DNA of 64,000 bases from an uncultured virus (IMG/VR IMGVR_UViG_3300029305_007917). Taxonomy: Duplodnaviria; Heunggongvirae; Uroviricota; Caudoviricetes. Below the pieces are notes generated by a model. It made no database searches and was not told the DNA's origin. It saw nothing but the letters and a program-made list of their open reading frames with translations. The DNA is taken from the IMG/VR virus record IMGVR_UViG_3300029305_007917; one strand, written 5' to 3'. Shown piece after piece: positions 49,856-57,656 of the stretch. How positions within the stretch are numbered: the first letter of the stretch is position 1; each line of letters opens with the position of its first letter. The translations under genes and the position numbers were made by a program.

Positions 49856-50573
49856 CGGTTATTGCCTCACTTTCATTATTTGCATTTTGTGGTTCATCTT
49901 TAATACCGAAAACTGCATAGCCATCAAAAATATCAATTTGTAATTGTTTTTTATGCTCCTCAACCGGTAAGCCGAATTGATTCTGCCATTCAGCCGGAAA
50001 TACGGGTGTTCTTGTAGCCCTTGGTTTTCCGTCCTTGACAATAATCCTCTGAAAGATTTCCGGGGAATTCAAATCAAACACAAAGAGTCTTTCACCATTT
50101 GACTCAATCAGTTTGCCAAGCAATTTATATCGGTACTGTGGATTCCATTCCATCAATGACACAACCTTGGCAAAGAACATACGACAAGTGATTTGCTTTG
50201 GTTTCTTTTTACCCGTATTTCTGTTAATGCTACACCACAAAAACGAGTCTTTTTCATCTTCCTTACACGGACGCACAGCAAGTTTCTTCTCTATTGGGTT
50301 TACCAATATTTGAACATAATCTGCTTCTGGCACTTTCCTTATACATGCAGTATTCAGCGAAACCCTACAGTTATTAAAGGTGATGGATGGCTCAAACATA
50401 TGAGCAAAAAACTCACCCCTTACAACTTGATATCCGTCATAACTGAAAGCATCGTCACTTTCAATATCCGTAGGAGTTGCTTGGTTCTGAATACTCGTTA
50501 CTGTCACTTCCGTAGGTGACTGTTTCAATTCCGGATGATGGGTATCCATCAGTTGGTTCTTCTCTTCGTACAT
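49770..50573 (-). CDS. Hypothetical protein homologous to the C-terminal domain of the upstream recombinase
   Basis: CIRK...DYVQILVNPIEKKLAVRP...FDL...FPAEWQNQFG; GAGGT RBS. Confidence 0.8.
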   Translation of the reverse strand: MYEEKNQLMDTHHPELKQSPTEVTVTSIQNQATPTDIESDDAFSYDGYQVVRGEFFAHMFEPSITFNNCRVSLNTACIRKVPEADYVQILVNPIEKKLAVRPCKEDEKDSFLWCSINRNTGKKKPKQITCRMFFAKVVSLMEWNPQYRYKLLGKLIESNGERLFVFDLNSPEIFQRIIVKDGKPRATRTPVFPAEWQNQFGLPVEEHKKQLQIDIFDGYAVFGIKDEPQNANNESEAITDEKQNSTNFDRPKEESHQGVQENPSFIG

Positions 50574-52434
50574 AGTTCTGTTTTACCTCTTTTCTCATTT
50601 CTGCGATGATTTGGTCTATACTTTCTTTAATAACTGTGCCACTTGTTATATTGAGTTCAGCGTCAGTATATGGTTTGCCTGTCATATCAATATCCCAAGT
50701 TCCGTGTTTGGAATAATATTCCATCTCTATTTGTTGAGCTCTTCTGTAATAGTCAGTACCAAAATTATCTGCCCACTCCACCGGATAAGCACATACCGAT
50801 TTTTGAGTCGATACTATAGGCACTGCTTTTTCTTCATCAGTGTCTGTAGCGTTGTTTGGTATAAAGACTTCCGTTTCTGTCATATCGAACAGCAATACTG
50901 ACTCTGTGCCATTCTGCTTTCTTACACCGATTACTCGAATTTTGGAATCAGTACGCCAACCGAACATAGCAAAAAATGTCTGCAAAAATGCTGACCCTGA
51001 AATCTTCCTTGCTACAGTGCCTTCCGGTGCAACTCTTAACCACTTAATAGCATTACGATTACCTTTCTGTGATGGTCGCACGGCTAATGTTTTCTTGATA
51101 GGATGAATGAGCAATTCAACATATTCACAAGTGCCAAGTTTCCTTATGCATTCCATACCGAATACAACCTCTCTCATAGTGAAACTTGCATTTACTTTGA
51201 GTGGCGTATTGAAAAACTGCGACCTTGCAATTTCAAAGCCGCGAAGGTCAAAATCACCACTTTTTGCTTCAACTTGGTTATCTTCATTAGGTAGGTCAAT
51301 AACCCCGTCATAAACGCTCTCACAAGCCTTTATGTACTCATCAATAGTGAACCCTGCCCATCGCGGATTAACCGATATAAAGCCTTTTAACGCGCCATCC
51401 GGTATGACATGAAGTTCAGGCAAGAAACCCTTGCTACCACCATATTTTGCATTAGCGATTATCTTCTGAACTGCAATAAAGTCATCCCTTGAAATTATAG
51501 GCTCGTGGTGGTCACGTTTTCTGTACTGATTTCGGTCGTGATTGTTCTTCTTTGACTTGTGATTCAAGTAATTAGGTGTCCACGTTTTTCGAGCCAATAC
51601 ATCACCACAGTGTCTTTCATTTTGCAGAATTTGAAGAATTGATGTGGGATTCCATTGTGTATTGCCCTTCTTGGTTTTTCTTCCCAATTCAGTTAGTGTT
51701 TCAGCAATTTCTCGGCAGGTGTAACCATACAAATACATAAAGAAAATTAACCTAACTGTCTTTGCCTCATCTTCGTTGATTACAAGGTTTCCGTCCTCAT
51801 CGTGGTCATATCCCAATAAAACCGGGGTAAGGAAGATACCTCTTCTGAAACGCATTTCAACCGATGCATTCATAATTTCACTTTTGTTGTGACTTTCTTC
51901 TTGAGCAAGAGTTGAGATGAATGACAGGCTCATTTCACTGTTTGGATTGAGAGTGAATATATTCTCCGTTTCAAAGAAAACACCAATGGGTGGATTCATT
52001 GCTGCAAGTTCTCTCACATACCCAATACAGTCGATAACATTACGGGCAAAACGAGATACGCTTTTTGTAACAATTAAGTCGATTTTGTGTTCTTTACAAT
52101 CATTAATCATTTCAACAAATGCATCTCGGTGTTGCAATGATGTACCGGAAATACCTTCATCGGCATAAATCTTATACAGATTCCAACCGGGATGTCTGTC
52201 AACTACATCCAAGTAGTGGTTCTTCTGTAATTCATACGATGAGGTTTGCCTTGGGTCATCCGTTGAAACACGTGCATAAACACCGACTCGCTTTTCGTTA
52301 TTTTCATCATAAAAATCTTCCTGTGGATTGGCAGGAATGAAATCAAGCTCGTCAGGGTCAATGCCACGATAACGCTCACGAATTCGTTGCTTTTTCAACT
52401 CTGCTGCTGAAAGTTTTTGTTCGTTTTCTATCAC
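50461..52434 (-). CDS. Serine recombinase with atypical C-terminal domain (no zinc ribbon)
   Basis: VYARVSTD, TKSVSRFARN, recombinase domain to HEPIISR, then about 200 aa shared with downstream genes; AGGAGGT RBS. Confidence 0.92.
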   Translation of the reverse strand: MIENEQKLSAAELKKQRIRERYRGIDPDELDFIPANPQEDFYDENNEKRVGVYARVSTDDPRQTSSYELQKNHYLDVVDRHPGWNLYKIYADEGISGTSLQHRDAFVEMINDCKEHKIDLIVTKSVSRFARNVIDCIGYVRELAAMNPPIGVFFETENIFTLNPNSEMSLSFISTLAQEESHNKSEIMNASVEMRFRRGIFLTPVLLGYDHDEDGNLVINEDEAKTVRLIFFMYLYGYTCREIAETLTELGRKTKKGNTQWNPTSILQILQNERHCGDVLARKTWTPNYLNHKSKKNNHDRNQYRKRDHHEPIISRDDFIAVQKIIANAKYGGSKGFLPELHVIPDGALKGFISVNPRWAGFTIDEYIKACESVYDGVIDLPNEDNQVEAKSGDFDLRGFEIARSQFFNTPLKVNASFTMREVVFGMECIRKLGTCEYVELLIHPIKKTLAVRPSQKGNRNAIKWLRVAPEGTVARKISGSAFLQTFFAMFGWRTDSKIRVIGVRKQNGTESVLLFDMTETEVFIPNNATDTDEEKAVPIVSTQKSVCAYPVEWADNFGTDYYRRAQQIEMEYYSKHGTWDIDMTGKPYTDAELNITSGTVIKESIDQIIAEMRKEVKQNYVRREEPTDGYPSSGIETVTYGSDSNEYSEPSNSYGY

Positions 52435-52548
52435 TTTTTTACCTCCTTTTCTTTCGTGATAGAATAAGTTTACTACCTTGAAAAATGCGATAAAAGGGAC
52501 TGAAAGTCCAGAAATTTCCTGTGAGTGCCAATTATGAAAATTTATTAC

Positions 52549-52577
52549 TTGACTAATGCGAAAAACCTATTTATACT
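52549..52577 (+). promoter_or_regulatory. Sigma-A promoter of the divergent XRE gene
   Basis: TTGACT-17 bp-TATACT. Confidence 0.6.
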
Positions 52578-52602
52578 ACCACTACCTTGATAAAGGAAAG
52601 GG

Positions 52603-53004
52603 GTGAAAACAGTGAAAATAGAGTATGCTGTTATAGGAAAACGCATCAAAAGATGCCGTAAGAAATTAGGGTACTCACAGGAGTCATTTGCAGAAATTCT
52701 TGAAATTTCAGCATCGCATTTGCATAAGATTGAAACGGGAATAAGATGCCCGAGTTTGGAAGTTCTCTATGCTATAGCACTTAAACTGAATGTGTCAGTT
52801 GACTATCTGCTGATGGGTTCAGAACAACAGAACCATAGTATCGTTGACTTCAACATTTCAAGTCTCTTGGGAGATTGCCGACCTTACGAACAAAAGGTTA
52901 TTCTGACAATTGCAAATCAACTGAAAATTGCGTTGATTGAAAATCGTCCGGATATCGAAGTACACCTAAAACAACATACAATCAATCGATTTCACCCATA
53001 TTAA
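52603..53004 (+). CDS. XRE-family transcriptional regulator
   Basis: YSQESFAEILEISASHLHKIETG..PSL; divergent from the recombinase operon. Confidence 0.85.
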   Translation: MKTVKIEYAVIGKRIKRCRKKLGYSQESFAEILEISASHLHKIETGIRCPSLEVLYAIALKLNVSVDYLLMGSEQQNHSIVDFNISSLLGDCRPYEQKVILTIANQLKIALIENRPDIEVHLKQHTINRFHPY

Positions 53005-53090
53005 AAGCACTTATGTAGATGGAAAGTTAATCCAACTTCATAGGTGCTTTTTTATATTGGAAATTCGGTTGTAAGGAAGGAGGTGAACCA

Positions 53091-53321
53091 TTGTCAACGG
53101 TCAGCTACAAGAAACTCTTCAAGCTCCTAATTGACAAGGAAATGAAGAAAAGTGAACTTGTGAAAAAAGCTCATATAAGCTCCTCAACGCTAACAAAAAT
53201 GCGAAAGGAAAACGCAGTTATAAGAAGTGATGCCCTTGAAAGAATTTGTGTTGCTTTGGGTTGTACCCTGAATGATATTATGGAAATTAAAGGAGATAAC
53301 AATAATGAAAAAATCAACTGA
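53091..53321 (+). CDS. Cro/C1-type HTH protein
   Basis: VSYKKLFKLLIDK...LERICVALGC; GGAGGT RBS. Confidence 0.8.
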   Translation: MSTVSYKKLFKLLIDKEMKKSELVKKAHISSSTLTKMRKENAVIRSDALERICVALGCTLNDIMEIKGDNNNEKIN

Positions 53322-53637
53322 AGAATTTATTGCTGAAGGCGGAGCTACTTGTGAGTTCTGTAACCAAAGAATGCTGAAAGCCAATGGTTGTACTTACACC
53401 CATTTGGAATGCAACGGAAAACTGTACCCAAGAAGAAAGCACGGTGAGGAAGGACACGCATTCCCGGACGATTTGCGATGCCACGATTGTGGGGCAAAGG
53501 TTGGTTATTACCACCACTTCGGTTGTGATATGGAACGATGCCCGATTTGTGGACGACAGCTCATCTCCTGCGATTGTGAGATAACCCACCTCCATAGAAT
53601 TAAAGTCAATAGAAAGGATGGTCGAAATGGAAAATAA
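53305..53637 (+). CDS. Cys/His-rich zinc-binding protein
   Basis: CEFC, CHDCG, HHFGCD, CPICG, SCDC. Confidence 0.72.
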   Translation: MKKSTEEFIAEGGATCEFCNQRMLKANGCTYTHLECNGKLYPRRKHGEEGHAFPDDLRCHDCGAKVGYYHHFGCDMERCPICGRQLISCDCEITHLHRIKVNRKDGRNGK

Positions 53638-53812
53638 CAAATGCCCCAAGTGTGGGCAGATATATTCAGAAGCTCCTGCACTCTCAAGAGAAGATAACGA
53701 AACCTTGATATGTCCCGATTGTGGCACGAGAGAAGCCTTGGAATGTGCCGGTGTTTCAAAGGAAAAACAGGACGAAATCATCAAAGAAATCCATCGAAAA
53801 ACTCGCCCATAA
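53627..53812 (+). CDS. Small zinc-ribbon protein
   Basis: CPKCG...PALSR.DN...ICPDCG.REAL. Confidence 0.7.
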   Translation: MENNKCPKCGQIYSEAPALSREDNETLICPDCGTREALECAGVSKEKQDEIIKEIHRKTRP

Positions 53813-53912
53813 TACCACCAAAAATACATATATTCTTTGTGTACTATATAGCTTGATAAAATGTACTTTTAGCGGTAATATACAGACACAATAAAGAACG
53901 GAGGAAACCCCA

Positions 53913-54104
53913 ATGACAGCATTCAAACAGTTCAAAAACAAGGTTGAAAACATCAAAACACAGAACGACCTTATAGACGCTCACATTTCAATTTGCCAAG
54001 CCTACAGCAGTTACAAAATCACCCACACACAGTTCACAGAGCTTCGCAAGGGAATGATTGAAAAGAGAGCAGAAAACAAGATTGCTTGGGGTAAGGGTAT
54101 TTAA
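53913..54104 (+). CDS. Hypothetical protein
   Basis: GGAGG RBS, own promoter. Confidence 0.6.
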   Translation: MTAFKQFKNKVENIKTQNDLIDAHISICQAYSSYKITHTQFTELRKGMIEKRAENKIAWGKGI

Positions 54105-54117
54105 GGAGGAAACAACA

Positions 54118-54378
54118 ATGTTCACAACAATCGAAAAATTACAGATGCAGGTTTCATGCTCATACGGAGCAGTTATTACATTCGGAGACAAGGTTTTTGT
54201 TACCGACATTTCCTACAAGGGTGGCTTTTCAGCAGAGATTTACGAGTTCGTTGAAACCCCTGAAGAAACAGGACTTGGAGATTGTGAATGCAGACTTACA
54301 AAATGGGCTACAGCAAAAGAAACCTTCAAAGATAACGGACACGCCCTTGAATGGTGCTTTGCACAAGTAAGAAAATAA
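54118..54378 (+). CDS. Hypothetical protein
   Basis: AGGAGG RBS, ATG 54118, followed by terminator at about 54397-54436. Confidence 0.65.
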   Translation: MFTTIEKLQMQVSCSYGAVITFGDKVFVTDISYKGGFSAEIYEFVETPEETGLGDCECRLTKWATAKETFKDNGHALEWCFAQVRK

Positions 54379-54550
54379 GAACAACGGCAAAATGCTACCC
54401 CACTTGAAAACAACATTTCAGGTGGGGTGCTTTTTTGCTTTATTGCATATTTTTTTAGTTAAGTCCAATTAGATGGACTGACCTTAATTGACAAGCCATC
54501 AGCCTTTGGTGTAAAATGGGTATAGTCAATTTCAGAACGGAGGATTGCAT

Positions 54551-55075
54551 ATGGGATTTCAAGATGAGCTACGAGCCAATATGAAAACGAAAGAGGAAGC
54601 TGATAAACTTAATCAGGAAAAGCTCAACAACACCCTTCGTGCTGAAGCAAGGCGAGTAGTTGATGAACTGCAGAAAGTGTTGATTACAAAAGTTAAATCT
54701 GCAGATTACACAGAAGAAAATGGAAAAGCAGTAGTAACCGGTGTCTTCCCACTTTCAAGACGATTTCTCATTAGTCGCAGGGTTGATAACAACGCAGCAG
54801 TTATAGCTAACAGTAAGAAGTGGTTATTCAAAGACCCCTCCGTTGTCTATAGAGCATTTTACTATTTTGAGTTGAACTCAACTTATGCTGAAGAGTATGA
54901 GCAGTTGAAACGCTATATCCGGGCGATGGCTACCAATGACAAAATCACTGCCGAGTTTGTTTTGTACGATAAACATAAAAAAGAAGTTCATCCGTTCCCA
55001 ACCCGAATAGATAATTTCCTTTTAGAATGTGACTTCACACTCGCAGTGAGGGGTACTACTAAAATCGATATTTAG
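54551..55075 (+). CDS. Hypothetical protein
   Basis: GGAGG RBS; upstream TTGACA...TAAAAT. Confidence 0.7.
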   Translation: MGFQDELRANMKTKEEADKLNQEKLNNTLRAEARRVVDELQKVLITKVKSADYTEENGKAVVTGVFPLSRRFLISRRVDNNAAVIANSKKWLFKDPSVVYRAFYYFELNSTYAEEYEQLKRYIRAMATNDKITAEFVLYDKHKKEVHPFPTRIDNFLLECDFTLAVRGTTKIDI

Positions 55076-55157
55076 CATATCAGCGGGGACTTTATTTCTT
55101 GATGTTTTTTCAACTTTTGCACGAGTTAGAAATTTCTAAATCAGCAAAAAGTTAACC

Positions 55158-55230
55158 TTGCAACCCACTATACTAAATTGCAACCTGCTCTCTGCATTTG
55201 CAACCTACCCCTTGAATTTGCAACCTACCC
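55158..55230. repeat. Four TTGCAACC motifs at exact 20-bp period
   Basis: Starts at 55158, 55178, 55198, 55218. Confidence 0.9.
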
Positions 55231-55385
55231 CAATTTTGTATCAAAGGTGGAGTAGTTAGACACCTAAGTACAACTTAGGTAATACAACCGAAATCCCTTG
55301 AAATATAGGGGTTTCGGTCTTTTTTATGCCTAAAAGCACTCTGAAAATGGGTGCTTTTTTCATTTTTTGTGTCACCGCAATATTT

Positions 55386-55469
55386 GTAATCGTTTACGGA
55401 GTATGGGTAATCGTTTACGGAGTATAGGTAATCGTTTACGGAGTACGGGTAATCGTTTACGGAGTATAA
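55386..55469. repeat. 4 x 21-bp tandem direct repeat GTAATCGTTTACGGAGTAYRR (iteron-like)
   Basis: Units at 55386, 55407, 55428, 55449; no spacers. Confidence 0.95.
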
Positions 55470-55488
55470 AACTATCGATACTTTGATA

Positions 55489-55517
55489 TTGAATTTAAAA
55501 ACGACTTATGGTATAAT
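55489..55517 (+). promoter_or_regulatory. Sigma-A promoter with extended -10
   Basis: TTGAAT-17 bp-TATAAT with TG at 55509-55510. Confidence 0.7.
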
Positions 55518-55521
55518 TGCC

Positions 55522-55679
55522 TTGCGACACCAAAAGAATAAATGCACGAAAAGTGGTATGGTTTTTATCCTTGATAAAAATGCATGCTCTGTTTTCATAT
55601 CATTTTTTGTGCTGAAAAGGTGTCGCAACCGAAAGAGTCATGCGTTTTTAGGCGTGTGGCTACGGTTACACGCTTTTTT
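55522..55679 (+). ncRNA. Candidate structured small RNA or attenuator leader of about 155 nt
   Basis: Promoter upstream, nested stems with G-U pairs, terminator with cTACGg loop and T6. Confidence 0.6.
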
Positions 55680-55693
55680 GTCAAGGTGATATT

Positions 55694-55996
55694 ATGAGCA
55701 AATTGAAAACAGTACTTGAGGAATATATGGAAGAAGAAAACGCAAGAATTGAAAAGGAAATCGCAGAAGCTCCTGAACTTAAGATGTCCCGCAGATTGCG
55801 AAAAAACACCAATGCCTTCTTCCGTGAAGACCTGAAAATTGACCATGCACACCATCCGGAAGTTGATAACGCATGGGAGCGTTTTAGGACTCGTATGTAT
55901 CTCAAGTATCCACAGTACCCATGGATTTCAAGACTCTATAAAACACGCAAACGCAGAGAAGAGCGTAACCGATATAAAGAGGATGACGAAATATGA
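55694..55996 (+). CDS. Hypothetical protein
   Basis: AAGGTG RBS, 100 aa, charged. Confidence 0.6.
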   Translation: MSKLKTVLEEYMEEENARIEKEIAEAPELKMSRRLRKNTNAFFREDLKIDHAHHPEVDNAWERFRTRMYLKYPQYPWISRLYKTRKRREERNRYKEDDEI

Positions 55997-56172
55997 AAAC
56001 AACTCTCACTCAAAAACAGTATAAGGACTATCAGCAGTTATGTGAAGACAGAAGAAATGGTCGTATTTTAACCCCTGATGGTTTGCGATTCATCTGTGAG
56101 GCAAATAATTACGACCCCGAAGCTATTGGTAAACACTTTTTAGAGGTACTCCCTAAAATCAGTAATCACTAA
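55993..56172 (+). CDS. 59-aa hypothetical protein
   Basis: ATGA overlap with upstream stop; MKTTLTQKQYKDYQQLCEDRRNGRILTPDGLRFICEANNYDPEAIGKHFLEVLPKISNH*. Confidence 0.6.
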   Translation: MKTTLTQKQYKDYQQLCEDRRNGRILTPDGLRFICEANNYDPEAIGKHFLEVLPKISNH

Positions 56173-56367
56173 TTTGAAAGTCAGCACAATTTGTGTTGGC
56201 TTTATTTTTTTGAAAAAATTTGTCACAAAACTCAAATTAATTACGATTATATTAATGAGAGAATAAATGATGATACACCCATTTATATCTTTCAAATTTC
56301 AATGCCAATATTCCTCTTGGCGTTGGGACCCCTGCCTATAGTCAGTGTGGTAGGAGTTTTTTACATT

Positions 56368-56415
56368 AAAAAGCCTGTGAATTTGGAAACAACATCCAAG
56401 CTCACAGGCTTTTTG
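56368..56415. terminator. Bidirectional terminator downstream of the RM operon
   Basis: AAAAAGCCTGTGA...TCACAGGCTTTTT. Confidence 0.7.
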
Positions 56416-56418
56416 CAT

Positions 56419-57648
56419 TTATTCTGTTTTTCTGTATTCCTTTAATGATTCCACAATCAAGTTGGAAAGCTCCTCGATTTCGCTACTGTTGTGCTTTGAA
56501 TAGCTGTCAATAAGGAAACGAGTATCAACTAATATTCCCAACACATATTTATGGTTTGCAGTTTCAGAATTATAGGTTTCCCAATCAACAGTTCCTACAC
56601 TCACAAACTTATAAACATCATCTTTCTTAAGCTCTTTATCGAAAGGCATTATAAAAGCATTATACACTGTGTTCTTTGCATGACCGATGTTTTCACAAGC
56701 ATAGTCACCATAAGTTATCTGCTTTTCAACTGATGAAGATGCAGGCAAATGCTGTGGGTTTCCGGTTATACCATACTTATAGTATTTTGCATCAAGAATA
56801 TAGAGCTTATTCTCATACATCATTATCGTGTCAGGCTCCAATGCACTACTCTCAACCTTGCCACCATTTATAATATGCCATTTTGCATGAGGGAAGTATT
56901 GCTCTTTGTTGTTTTCACCGAAAACATAATCAATCATTTTTTCCCATACATATTCAAAGCGTTCAACACCAAAAGCAGCAACATCAGTATCATCAATACT
57001 TTCACTTTTATTGCTGATAATGTTAATCATACTTTGAAACAGCAATCGTTTGTTGGTGTTAAAAGTGCTATTAAGAGCATCTTGTAACACGGTCAAGAAT
57101 TTCCTTTTATTAAACTTTATATCAGGTTTCTTGGGGAGAGTGTTACTTGATAAATATAACCACCCTAATTTTTCAAAGCTTTCTCTTACACAGTATTCGT
57201 GAATTTTGGTTAGAAGGTTGTTGGTGTTGGTCTTATCTACCTTGACAATAAAATCTAAATAGACAAGGTTACCATTGTTATAAACAGGTTTTTTGTTTTG
57301 GATTGTTCTCTTCCAATTCAGCTTTCCTTTTTTACCATCTTTGTATTGAGTTTCACGTTCAATGTAATATCCGTGAGCCAAAAAATCTTTGATTATGTAT
57401 TGATATGAAAGAATCGGAAAGGAGAGGCTCGATTCACCGTCAATGGTGTTATTGAGTAAGCCTTCTTTTCTGCCACTGAATTTTTGTATCGTTGCAAAAA
57501 GGCGTATAATATCCTTGCGAGTTTGTTCCTCATCATCAACCAAATGAAAACCTCTTGGAAAGGTAATTCTCGGCTGACCATCAACGAATTTTAAGCCCAC
57601 AAAGTCATCGTATTCACTTTTGCTTATCTCACAAAAATCACGAAGCAT
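56419..57648 (-). CDS. LlaJI-family restriction endonuclease subunit (McrC-like), allele 2
   Basis: FVGL...FPRG, NWKRTI, FEYVWEKMID, LEPDTIM...ILDAKYY, KQITYG; downstream of McrB-like gene. Confidence 0.88.
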   Translation of the reverse strand: MLRDFCEISKSEYDDFVGLKFVDGQPRITFPRGFHLVDDEEQTRKDIIRLFATIQKFSGRKEGLLNNTIDGESSLSFPILSYQYIIKDFLAHGYYIERETQYKDGKKGKLNWKRTIQNKKPVYNNGNLVYLDFIVKVDKTNTNNLLTKIHEYCVRESFEKLGWLYLSSNTLPKKPDIKFNKRKFLTVLQDALNSTFNTNKRLLFQSMINIISNKSESIDDTDVAAFGVERFEYVWEKMIDYVFGENNKEQYFPHAKWHIINGGKVESSALEPDTIMMYENKLYILDAKYYKYGITGNPQHLPASSSVEKQITYGDYACENIGHAKNTVYNAFIMPFDKELKKDDVYKFVSVGTVDWETYNSETANHKYVLGILVDTRFLIDSYSKHNSSEIEELSNLIVESLKEYRKTE

Positions 57649-57656
57649 AGCACATT

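Larger units (their letters stand above)
1..55245. mobile_element. Temperate siphovirus-type prophage with serine-recombinase integration module and accessory RM region; left end outside the window, right end approximate
   Basis: Complete co-oriented replication, packaging, head, tail, lysis and recombinase gene order at 9443-47578; right boundary inferred from the repeat cluster at 55158-55280. Confidence 0.85.

Noticed and set aside
55158..55230. Possible mini-CRISPR from the TTGCAACC repeats
   Set aside because: 8-bp core with 12-bp partly repeated linkers is far too short for repeat-spacer units
55386..55469. Possible CRISPR array
   Set aside because: Repeats are contiguous with no unique spacers, and no cas operon is present
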